A DNA stretch of 64,000 nt from the NCBI GenBank assembly GCA_964570285.1, contig CAZMXP010000008.1:36659-100658 (forward strand), in the 5' to 3' direction. The stretch is from an uncultured Planctomycetaceae bacterium (GTDB taxonomy: Bacteria > Planctomycetota > PLA2). The notes beneath the pieces are model-generated. The model was not told the origin of the DNA, did not search any database, and saw only the letters and a list, made by a program, of their open reading frames with translations. Shown here in pieces: positions 10,108-18,409 of this stretch (position 1 is its first letter; each line of letters begins with the position of its first letter). Position numbers and translations under genes: made by a program.

Positions 10108-11880
10108 TCAATCTTGAATCGCGGCGCGCGCGGCATACTCGAAGGAGATCAGGCGCCCGAGCAGGGGGAGCGGCACGCCCGGCCCGCTCCGCAGGGCGTC
10201 GAGGAAGGCCTCGTAGCGGGCACGGTCGAGCAGCGGCAGCGACGCCATCGACGCCGGCGCGAGCCAGTCCCCCGCACCCCCTGCCCTCCATCGCGCGAGC
10301 AGGGCGCCCTCGTGCGGATCGCGCTCGCGCCTCCACCACTTCGCCTTCGCCCGCCGCACCACCGAGGCGGGCCAGCGCAACGCGCCGGGAAGCAGGCGCG
10401 GCAGATGCCTCGCGCGCAGCGGGAGCGGGGGAAAGCCGCTCGCGAGGGGGACCTGCCGCAGCGGCGCCGCAAGGCCGCCGAGGATCTTCCGCAGCAGGTT
10501 GCCGTGGAGCCGCTCGGCCGACGGGATCCGGTAGAGCACTTCGAGGGGCCGCCGGAGCAGCAGCGGCGAGCTGTTGCCCCAGATCTCGTTCGTCGCGCTG
10601 CCGATCGCCCCTTGCCAGCACTGCATGCGCAGGTGCAGGTAGGCGTGGTCGAAGAGCACCGGCAGCGGCTCGCCGCGTCGCGGCGCGAGGGCCGCCTCGA
10701 GCATCGCGCGGTAGTGTGCCGCGGGATCGGGCGCCGCCGGGAGGAAGGGGGGCACGAGCAGCGCGTGGGTGAACCGTCGCAACAGCGCGCCCGCGACATC
10801 GCCCCCCGTCTTGCCGAGGTGCTGCGACGTCCACCAGTAGTTCCGGAAGACCTCGCCGCCGGAGCCGTTCACGCTCATGCCGTACTCCGCCGCATGCGGC
10901 TCGTGGATCGCGGCGATGGCGGCGTATTCGATGGCGTCGTACTCGCCGTCCACCCGGGCGGCCGCGGCGAGCACGCGCCCGAAGTCGGCCTGCGCCTCGA
11001 GGCCGCGCTCGCGCGGCTCGTGCACGAGCTTCAGCCCGAGGCGACGCGCGAGTTCCGCCGCGATGCGCACGTCGGCGTGGCCGGCGTCGCCGGTCACGGT
11101 CACATCGAAGCTGCGGCCGAGTCCGTGGAGCAGGCCGACGACGAGGCGGGAGTCGAGCCCGCCCGTGAGGTCCGGCAGCAGTCGGGCCGACGCGGGCGCG
11201 AAGGCGTCGAGGCAGGATCGGAGCGCCGAGACGAGCTGCTCCGCGCTGGCCGCGCGCTCCCCGGCGCAGGAGGGCGGGACGAGGCGCGCGGCGTCCTCGT
11301 CGATCGCCACACAGCGACCGCCGCGGAACCGGTAGCGCCTTGCGCCCCCGAGGCGCCTCACGCCCACGAAGGGGGTCCGGTCCCCGAAGAGGGTGCCCGA
11401 GCCGAGGAACTCCCAGAACGAGAGGGGGTCGGGGGGCGCGCGCCGGGCGCGGGCGAGCGCGACGGGAGAGGTCCCGAGAAGGAGGCCGTCCTCCGCCTCG
11501 GCGGCATAGACGTGCAGGCGACCGAAGTGGTCGGGCGCCACGATCAGTTCGCCGCTCGCCGTGTCGGCGTAGACGAGCGCATAGGTGCCGTCGAGGCGGT
11601 CGAGCTCCTCGGGCCCCCTCGTTTCGATGAGGCGCAGCAGGGCGGCGTTGTCGTCGAGGCCGCAGTCGGGGTGGTGCCAGCTCCCCGCGGAGAGGAGCCA
11701 GCCGCCCTTCGAGAGGGCCGGAGCGGCACCGGAGCCGTTGAGGCGTGCGAACATGACGAACCCCGGCCCCTCGGCGGCCACCCGGAGACCTTTCTCCTCC
11801 GTGATGTGCCGGCGCGCGCGCTCGAATCCCTCGGGAGCCGGGCGTCCCGGCGACGGCTGCTCGACGAGAAAGGCACCCAC
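10108..11880 (-). CDS. Asparagine-synthase-like paralog 3 (synthetase/PP-loop domain; no recognisable N-terminal glutaminase nucleophile).
   Basis: ...LTGGLDSRLVVGLL... PP-loop-like motif and overall AsnB_C similarity. GTG start. No Cys near the N-terminus. Confidence 0.65.
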   Translation of the reverse strand: MGAFLVEQPSPGRPAPEGFERARRHITEEKGLRVAAEGPGFVMFARLNGSGAAPALSKGGWLLSAGSWHHPDCGLDDNAALLRLIETRGPEELDRLDGTYALVYADTASGELIVAPDHFGRLHVYAAEAEDGLLLGTSPVALARARRAPPDPLSFWEFLGSGTLFGDRTPFVGVRRLGGARRYRFRGGRCVAIDEDAARLVPPSCAGERAASAEQLVSALRSCLDAFAPASARLLPDLTGGLDSRLVVGLLHGLGRSFDVTVTGDAGHADVRIAAELARRLGLKLVHEPRERGLEAQADFGRVLAAAARVDGEYDAIEYAAIAAIHEPHAAEYGMSVNGSGGEVFRNYWWTSQHLGKTGGDVAGALLRRFTHALLVPPFLPAAPDPAAHYRAMLEAALAPRRGEPLPVLFDHAYLHLRMQCWQGAIGSATNEIWGNSSPLLLRRPLEVLYRIPSAERLHGNLLRKILGGLAAPLRQVPLASGFPPLPLRARHLPRLLPGALRWPASVVRRAKAKWWRRERDPHEGALLARWRAGGAGDWLAPASMASLPLLDRARYEAFLDALRSGPGVPLPLLGRLISFEYAARAAIQD

Positions 11881-12232
11881 GGCTCAGGCTCCCGTCGGCC
11901 GAACGCGGGTCGCCCCGGAGGCGGGAGCGCGGGCGACCCGCGCCCAGCCTCTTCCCGGATGCAACGGGACACCGCCACCCGGAGGGTCGCGCCGGGTGCT
12001 GTCGGGCTCGAACACGGTGGTGGCCAGCTCTTCGCTCCTTCGCCCGGGGCACGGGGCTCGGGCCCGTGCGGGGGGACCATCGCCATTCTGACCGGAATTC
12101 CCCACTCCTACAAATGCCGGGGGTCGGGCCGCAGGCTTCCGGGGGGCCGCGACCCGACGTCGAGGGGCGCGGCCCGCCGCTCCGGCATCGACCCGCGAAG
12201 GGCCGTCGCGGCCCCTCCCAATTTCATGCGCC

Positions 12233-12260
12233 TTGACCGCCTAGAGGAGGGGGCTATGCT
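12233..12260 (+). promoter_or_regulatory. Candidate sigma70-type promoter (TTGACC, 16 nt spacer, TATGCT) about 45 nt upstream of riboswitch copy 1.
   Basis: Motif read directly from the sequence: ccTTGACCgcctagaggagggggcTATGCTtcc. Confidence 0.3.
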
Positions 12261-12304
12261 TCCCGCGGAGACCCGTGCATCGGCATCGCCTCGGCGACGC
12301 AGTG

Positions 12305-12410
12305 CGAAGGCTCCGATAAAGGCAACCCCGGGGGAACCCGGAGGACGCAAAGCTATTAGGGCCCGTTCCCCTTCAGTGCGAAGGGGCGGGGCAGCCAGCT
12401 ACCGAAGAGT
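12305..12410 (+). promoter_or_regulatory. c-di-GMP-I (GEMM) riboswitch-like 5' leader, copy 1, upstream of lipoprotein 12475.
   Basis: Conserved GEMM blocks AAAGGCAAcCC, a GNRA hairpin CCGGG-GGAA-CCCGG, GACGCAAAGCUA, a P3 hairpin CCCCUUC-AGUGC-GAAGGGG, and a 3' ...AGCUACCGA. Collinear with the Vibrio Vc2 aptamer as recalled. A hairpin plus GGAGG RBS follows. Confidence 0.65.
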
Positions 12411-12474
12411 TCACGTACGCGGGCGCGTGCGGGGTGGAGACTCCCCGGGCGCCGTTCGCCGGAGGTAGGAGTCC

Positions 12475-15400
12475 ATGTATTCGATGACGCGCCGGGCGCT
12501 GGCCCGGCTCATCCTGGGGGCCGCCGTGCTCTGCGGCTGCGTCCCGTTCGCGGAGACGACCCCGTCCGGGTCGGCCTCCTCGGTCGGGCTCGTGGTCGAT
12601 GCGGCGTCGCTCTCGGTAGCCGAGGGAGGCACGGCCGTGCTGGGCCTGCGGCTCTCGGAGAATCCCGGTCGTGCCGTCGCGGTGACGGCGAAACTGACCG
12701 GATCGACCGGTCCCTTCGCGATCACGGAGGGTGCGAGCCTTCCGTTCGGCGTCTCGGACTGGGACACCGTGAAGTTCGTCCGCGTGCTCTCGAGCACGGA
12801 CACGAACACGACCCACGACACGACGACGCTGAGGATCGAGGTGGACGGCCGCTTCTTCCTGAGCGTCGGAGTCACCGAGGTGGATGGAGGCACGAGCGTG
12901 CCCCCGCCCGAGCCGCCTCCCGCCGAGGAGCCCCCGGCCGAGGAGCCGCCCGCTCCCGCCCCGGTCCCGCCGGCACCCGTTCCGCCCGTGCCGCCCGTCG
13001 ATCCGGGGGAGCCGCAGGAGGGCGTCACGCTGACGGTGAAGGATGCCTCGGGCATCGGCGCGATCGACTATCCGGTCACCGCGATCATCCCCGTCAGCTA
13101 CGGGATCTACCAGGACACGTCCCGGTTCCGCATCGTGGACGGCCAGGGGAACCCGGTGGCGGCCCAGTTCGAGGTCCTCAACCGCTGGCCGGTGCGCGAC
13201 AACAGCATCCGGCACGTCGTCGCCCACTTCCAGGCTTCCGTCGGCGCCGCCAGCAAGGCCTACTACGCCTTCCAGACGAAGGGCGCCGGGCCCGCGCCGC
13301 AGAAGGCGGTCCGCGTGACCGACGGTTCGGGCGTCGTCACGGTGGACACGGGGGCCCTCAGGTTCACGATCAAGAAGAGCGGCTTCAACCTCTTCGATGA
13401 GGTCTGGCTCGATACGAACGGCGACGGCAGCTACGCCGCCTCCGAGCGCATCGTCGCGCCGAACGGCGATGTCGGCGCCACGCTCACCGATCGCCACGGC
13501 AACAAGCAGCGCGCCAGCGACCGGACCGACCTGCGGGTCGTGATCGAGGAGAGCGGACCGATGCGGAGCGTCATCCGCGTGAGCTCGCTGAGCAAGTTCT
13601 TCAGCGCGAGCGACCACCGCCACGGCTTCGCCGCACGCATCTACGCCTACGCCGGCAAGTCCTTCGTCAAGGTGGACTACCAGCTCCAGAACTCGGCGAA
13701 GAACGCCCGCTACAGCGCCCCTCTCTACTTCGACGACGTGTCGCTGACGCTCCGGCCTTCGCTGACGAGCCCCACCGCCCGCTTCGCGGCGGGCGCGGGC
13801 AACGTCTGGTCGGGCGGCGTCAGCAGCGGCCGCTACCTGCTCCAGAACTCGCTGACCGCGACGACGGTGAATCCCTCGGGAGGAGGCTCCGCCCTCCTCA
13901 CCGGGACCAACGTCGCCGCCGAGGCGTCCTGCGCGTGGGGCGACCTGTCCGACTCCCAGCGCGGCGTCTTCGTCACGGTCCGCCACATGGCGGAGATGTG
14001 GCCGAACGCGCTGGAGGTCTCGCCGGACAACACGGTGACCGTCGGCCTCTGGCCGAAGTACAGCGCGCAGTACCACAACGGCGCGATGACCGAGTCGGGA
14101 CTCTACTGGCTCGAGGACATGCAGCAGGTCTACAAGGAGTCGCTCATCTACTTCCACGGGGCGAACGTCGCCTCGACCGAACTGGACCGTCTCGCGAAGA
14201 CCTTCCAGTACCACCCGATCCCCTTCGTGCCGATCGCGGAGTACGCACGCACGAAGGTCACCCTCGACCTGGGCGGGATCGTGCCGATCACCGAGCCGGT
14301 GGGCGGTACCGACACCCGTCGGATCCTCTTCACGCCTTCCTACTACCGGCAGGAGTCCGTCACGCCGGGGAACACCCGCTACAACTTCGGCTGGATGAAC
14401 TTCCTCGGCGACGTGGCGCGCAAGCGTCCCGGCGGCGCGGGCGGCATCTTCTACAGCTCGAGCCGGATCATCGCGACCGAGCGGGTCGACGAGTGGCTGA
14501 CCGGCGAAGGCGCCGCGATCGGCGAGCTCAACTGCCGTCCCCAGTGGATCGCGGAGTACAAGTATCCCGACGACTACGCGCTCCTCCAGCCGTCGCAGGA
14601 TCCCTACGGCTCGCGTTCGTGGCGCGCGCACGTCACGGGCAGCGAACCCGACCTGCCCAACGTCGTCGACTACCTCCCCGGCACCGGCCACGGCGGCTGG
14701 TCGCCGCGGGACAACCAGCACGGCTGGTTCTACCACGTCGAGGAGTTCTACAACCTCTCCGCGAATCCTTGGATCCGCGACTGGTACGAGTTCATCGGCG
14801 AGTTCCGCAAGACGGAACGCTCCAACCCCGGCCTGTCGAACTGGAGCGTGCTCTCCAAGCAGGGCTGGGAGTCCGTCCGCGGGGAGGCCCACGCGTTCGC
14901 GCATGCGATGCAGGCCTTCCGCGTCACGGGCAACAAGTCGATCATCGAGTGGGCCCGCATGCGGCTCGACAGCTTCGAGTCGCGCTTCGACCCCGAGTGG
15001 GGCATGTTCATGAGCGGCGGAGACTGGGACAACAAGGGCTCGGTCTTCGAGCACGGCTACCTGACCAAGGCGCTGAGCCAACTCTACGAGGAGGCGGAGA
15101 ACGGCGACCGCGAGATCCAGGACCGGACCTTCCACCTCGTGTGGGGGGCCATGGCCTGGAACGACGGCCATGCCACCTTCGGCTACCACGTCACCAACCG
15201 GAACGCCACGGGCTACCCCTACTCCAGCGCCGGCTCGGCGCTGGTCACGGGCGATCCCCACGCCTGGGTGGCGTGGAAGTTCGGCGCCCCCCAGTACCTG
15301 GCCACGGTGAACGGCTACATCGACACGGGCCTGAACGGCGGCAGTCCGCCCTACCACGACATCGCCGACCTGAGGAACTGGACGGGCGGTGCGTGCGGTC

Positions 15401-15768
15401 GGGTGACGCAGTGGGTCCGGAAGTATCCGCCCGTGGCGGACGGCCCTGCGAAGGTGTCCAACCTCTCGGCCCGCACGGCGAGCGGCAAGGTGGAGATCAG
15501 CTTCACGACCCCCGCCACCGCGACGCGCGTGCATGTCGTCTACTCCACGCTCCCGATCTCCGCGACCTACACCAAGGACGCGGCGAAACGGAATCCGTGG
15601 GGCTGCAAGGCGGTCCCGAACACGCTCGTCTGCACGCCCGGTGCGACCCAGTCGCTGCAGTTCGGCGGCGCGCCCTCGGGCAAGACGATCTACGTGGCCG
15701 TCATCATGTTCAACGCGCAGGGGCACATGAGCCCGCTCTCCAACGTGGCGACGGTGACGGCACCGTAG
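12475..15768 (+). CDS. Large secreted lipoprotein (1097 aa) with a Pro-rich linker and multiple beta-rich domains; possibly a polysaccharide-lyase or hydrolase, function unknown.
   Basis: Signal peptide with lipobox LCGC. PPPEPPPAEEPP... linker. RBS GGAGGTAGGAG 8 nt upstream. Long, uniform-codon-usage ORF. Confidence 0.8.
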   Translation: MYSMTRRALARLILGAAVLCGCVPFAETTPSGSASSVGLVVDAASLSVAEGGTAVLGLRLSENPGRAVAVTAKLTGSTGPFAITEGASLPFGVSDWDTVKFVRVLSSTDTNTTHDTTTLRIEVDGRFFLSVGVTEVDGGTSVPPPEPPPAEEPPAEEPPAPAPVPPAPVPPVPPVDPGEPQEGVTLTVKDASGIGAIDYPVTAIIPVSYGIYQDTSRFRIVDGQGNPVAAQFEVLNRWPVRDNSIRHVVAHFQASVGAASKAYYAFQTKGAGPAPQKAVRVTDGSGVVTVDTGALRFTIKKSGFNLFDEVWLDTNGDGSYAASERIVAPNGDVGATLTDRHGNKQRASDRTDLRVVIEESGPMRSVIRVSSLSKFFSASDHRHGFAARIYAYAGKSFVKVDYQLQNSAKNARYSAPLYFDDVSLTLRPSLTSPTARFAAGAGNVWSGGVSSGRYLLQNSLTATTVNPSGGGSALLTGTNVAAEASCAWGDLSDSQRGVFVTVRHMAEMWPNALEVSPDNTVTVGLWPKYSAQYHNGAMTESGLYWLEDMQQVYKESLIYFHGANVASTELDRLAKTFQYHPIPFVPIAEYARTKVTLDLGGIVPITEPVGGTDTRRILFTPSYYRQESVTPGNTRYNFGWMNFLGDVARKRPGGAGGIFYSSSRIIATERVDEWLTGEGAAIGELNCRPQWIAEYKYPDDYALLQPSQDPYGSRSWRAHVTGSEPDLPNVVDYLPGTGHGGWSPRDNQHGWFYHVEEFYNLSANPWIRDWYEFIGEFRKTERSNPGLSNWSVLSKQGWESVRGEAHAFAHAMQAFRVTGNKSIIEWARMRLDSFESRFDPEWGMFMSGGDWDNKGSVFEHGYLTKALSQLYEEAENGDREIQDRTFHLVWGAMAWNDGHATFGYHVTNRNATGYPYSSAGSALVTGDPHAWVAWKFGAPQYLATVNGYIDTGLNGGSPPYHDIADLRNWTGGACGRVTQWVRKYPPVADGPAKVSNLSARTASGKVEISFTTPATATRVHVVYSTLPISATYTKDAAKRNPWGCKAVPNTLVCTPGATQSLQFGGAPSGKTIYVAVIMFNAQGHMSPLSNVATVTAP

Positions 15769-15780
15769 GACCACGACCTC

Positions 15781-16674
15781 TCACACTTCCGCGGGCGGCG
15801 CACACCATGCGCCGCCCGCTCTGTTTTCCCCGGGCGCCGCGGCTCCGGCGCGATCGCAGGTCTGGAGCAGGAGGCACCCGCGGGGACGCTCCGCGAGCAG
15901 CAGCGCGAGGCACTTCGCCACGTAGGTGGCGTCGACGGCGAGCCCCGCGTCCGCGGCGGCGGCCATCGCCGCGCCGGAGCCCGCGCTGGGCTCCCCGTAG
16001 GCGCCCTCGGCGGCGACCACGCGAAGCCTGACGTTGCCGCGCGGACGATCGCGCCCGATCAGCCGCAGCGCGGCGTGCGCGCGCCGCCAGAGGAACCAGC
16101 CGCCGATCCGGTCGGCGACGCGCACGGCGACGACTTCGCAGCGGGCGCCGCGCAGCATCAGGCCCGCGAGGAGGCCGCTGGTCGTCGTGCCGGTGCCGAG
16201 CGGCACGTAGATCCGCTCCGGGATCGCGGCGAGCTCCTGCACCATCGCCGCGTAGCCGAGCGCGCCGCGGGCGCTCGCGCCCCCAGGCGGGATGATGCGC
16301 GTGCCCCGCCGCCAGAGCCTCGCGGTCGCGAGCAGCGCCCCCCCGCTCCCCCCCACCTCGACCACGCGGTCGGCGATCCCCGGCAGCGAGGCGAGCCGCG
16401 CCGACCTCCTCCCCCTGCGCACGATGACGAGATCGCACGCCGCCCCGACGCGCGCCGCGTGGACCGCCGTCGCGTGCGCGTGGTTCGCGCTCAGGCTCGA
16501 GTAGGTGAGCACGCGGCGCGGCGAGCCGGCGAGCAGGAACTCGAGCGCCCGCGCCTTGTTGCCGCCGCAGAGGTCGTCGCGCTTGACGAGCACCGGCAGC
16601 CCGCCGATGAGGAACTCCTCCACCGGCGTCGGCCTCACGCCGAGATCCACGCGCGGGACGGGCCATCCCTCCAT
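15781..16674 (-). CDS. PLP-dependent enzyme of the ACC deaminase / D-cysteine desulfhydrase family.
   Basis: ...VKRDDLCGGNKARALEFLLAG... (the PLP-lysine GGNK motif). Confidence 0.7.
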   Translation of the reverse strand: MEGWPVPRVDLGVRPTPVEEFLIGGLPVLVKRDDLCGGNKARALEFLLAGSPRRVLTYSSLSANHAHATAVHAARVGAACDLVIVRRGRRSARLASLPGIADRVVEVGGSGGALLATARLWRRGTRIIPPGGASARGALGYAAMVQELAAIPERIYVPLGTGTTTSGLLAGLMLRGARCEVVAVRVADRIGGWFLWRRAHAALRLIGRDRPRGNVRLRVVAAEGAYGEPSAGSGAAMAAAADAGLAVDATYVAKCLALLLAERPRGCLLLQTCDRAGAAAPGENRAGGAWCAPPAEV

Positions 16675-16694
16675 GCGCCGCGTATCCTATCCGC

Positions 16695-17015
16695 GTGACG
16701 CCGGTGCGCATCGACGACCCGCCGACGATGAACGTCCTCGGCCTCTTCCTCGCGGCGGCGCTGCGGCGCGGCAGCGCGCCCTTCCCGCGCGGCGCACTCA
16801 CGGTCGACGCGGGCGGCATGCGCGCGACGGTGCGCTTCGAGAGCGACGGCGCGACGGTCACGCGCGCGCCGACCGCGGGCGCCACCACGGTGAGCGCGAG
16901 CCTGCCGCGACTGGTGCGCGCGATCGCCGGGCGCAGCCTCGTCGCGCTGCTGCGCGTGAGGGTGCGCGGCAGCCGCCTCTTCGCGCTGCGGGCGCTCCGG
17001 TGCCTGCGCCCATGA
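16695..17015 (+). CDS. Small hypothetical protein (106 aa), possibly SCP2-like.
   Basis: GTG start. ...MNVLGLFLAAALRRG... Runs up to the downstream oxidase start. Confidence 0.35.
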   Translation: MTPVRIDDPPTMNVLGLFLAAALRRGSAPFPRGALTVDAGGMRATVRFESDGATVTRAPTAGATTVSASLPRLVRAIAGRSLVALLRVRVRGSRLFALRALRCLRP

Positions 17016-18394
17016 GGGAGCGGCTCGAGAGGATCTTCGGCCCGCTCCAGGCGGATGTGGGGGGGCACGGGGGGGACCGGACGGAGAACCGGCCGACGAC
17101 GCCCGCGTTCGTCGTCGAGGCGACCCGGCCTGAGCAGGTCGGCGAACTGCTGAGGCTCGCGAACGAGGCCCGCATCCCGGTGACGCCGAAGGTCACCGGC
17201 CTAAACATCGGCGGCCTCGCGATCCCCGCCGAGGGGGGGATCGTGCTCGACCTGCGCAGGCTCGACGCGATCGAGATCGATCCTCACAACATGGTCGCGT
17301 GGATCGAGCCCGGCGTGAGCTGGCAGCAGCTGAAGGCCGCCGCCGCGGGCCACGGTCTCGCGCTCGGCTACCCGCTCGCGCCGCCGGAGACGAGCGTGCT
17401 CGCCTGCGCGCTGATGGACGGCCTGTCGACGCAGGCGCTCTCCCACGGGAGCTTCGGGGACTGGGTCCACGGCGTCGTCGCCTACCTCGCCGACGGCACG
17501 CGCGTCGTCACCGGCAGCGCCGCCGTGAGTGGCCGCCCCCTCTCCCGCGGGCCGCTGCCCGACCTGACGGGGATGTTCCTCAACTGGTTCGGGTCGAGCG
17601 GCGTCGTCGTGCGACTCGGGCTGATGCTCCTCCCCCTGCGCCCCCACCGATCCCGCGAGGTCATCGCCTGCCCCGACGTCGAGAGCGGCATCCGCCTGAT
17701 GCGCGCCGGCGCGCGCACCGGCCTCTTCGACGACCTCGCCGGGCTGGGCTGGCCCGCGGCCAAGTGGGCGCTCGGGCTCGACCGGCTCGGCCCGCGCGAC
17801 CCGGGCGAGCCCGAACTCTACGTGATGGCCGACTACGGCGCGAACGACCGGCGCGAGTTGCAACACAAGCGCAAGGTGCTGCGTTCGCTCGCGCCGGCGG
17901 AGCCGATCTCGGTCGCGGACCTCGTCGCGCTCGCGCCCGGCCTCGCCCCGTTCGCGGAACTGCCGGCGCGCTTCTCGTTCCTGCTCGACCACGAGGGGCA
18001 GGGGCTCTCGTGGGTGGGCACCTACGGGCCGCTGGAGCGGCTCGAGGAGGGGGCGCGCCGGGGCATCGCGCTGCTGGAGGCGCACGGGCGCCCTCCGCTG
18101 GTCGTGATGCGGCCGATGAAGGGCGGCCACTACGCGGTGCTGCGCTTCATCGAGCGCTTCGACCGCCGCGACGCGGCCGAGACCGAGGGGGTCCGGGGGC
18201 TGAACGTCGCGCTGGGCCGGATGCTGCTCGACCTCGGGTTTGTCCCCTACAAGTGCCCGGCGATCCTCTACGAGGAGGTCTTCGCGCGCATGGACCCTGG
18301 ATTCCGCGAACTGATGTCGCGCCTGAAGCGCGCGGTGGACCCGCACGGGATCCTCAACCCCGACCGCTGGAAGGCGCCTGGGCCCGCCCCGTAG
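17012..18394 (+). CDS. FAD-binding oxidoreductase (FAD_binding_4, GlcD-like).
   Basis: ATG at 17012 inside ORF 16505..18394. ...TPKVTGLNIGGLAIPAEGGIVLDLRRL... is a FAD-binding PCMH motif. Confidence 0.75.
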   Translation: MRERLERIFGPLQADVGGHGGDRTENRPTTPAFVVEATRPEQVGELLRLANEARIPVTPKVTGLNIGGLAIPAEGGIVLDLRRLDAIEIDPHNMVAWIEPGVSWQQLKAAAAGHGLALGYPLAPPETSVLACALMDGLSTQALSHGSFGDWVHGVVAYLADGTRVVTGSAAVSGRPLSRGPLPDLTGMFLNWFGSSGVVVRLGLMLLPLRPHRSREVIACPDVESGIRLMRAGARTGLFDDLAGLGWPAAKWALGLDRLGPRDPGEPELYVMADYGANDRRELQHKRKVLRSLAPAEPISVADLVALAPGLAPFAELPARFSFLLDHEGQGLSWVGTYGPLERLEEGARRGIALLEAHGRPPLVVMRPMKGGHYAVLRFIERFDRRDAAETEGVRGLNVALGRMLLDLGFVPYKCPAILYEEVFARMDPGFRELMSRLKRAVDPHGILNPDRWKAPGPAP

Positions 18395-18409
18395 CCGTGC
18401 CCGGCTATC

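Noticed and set aside
8239-12468. 1409-aa ORF on the plus strand.
   Set aside because: Antisense to the three AsnB genes. Arg/Gly/Ala/Pro-dominated low-complexity translation, typical of a high-GC off-frame artefact.
12881-13010. Short tandem repeats (also at 43890-43975) that could be mistaken for CRISPR or VNTR.
   Set aside because: They are in-frame Pro/Ala/Glu-rich linker codons (PPAPVPP...) inside lipoprotein genes. No spacer-repeat periodicity.
12373-15774. 1133-aa minus-strand ORF.
   Set aside because: Antisense to the 1097-aa lipoprotein gene. Low-complexity R/G/V/D-rich.
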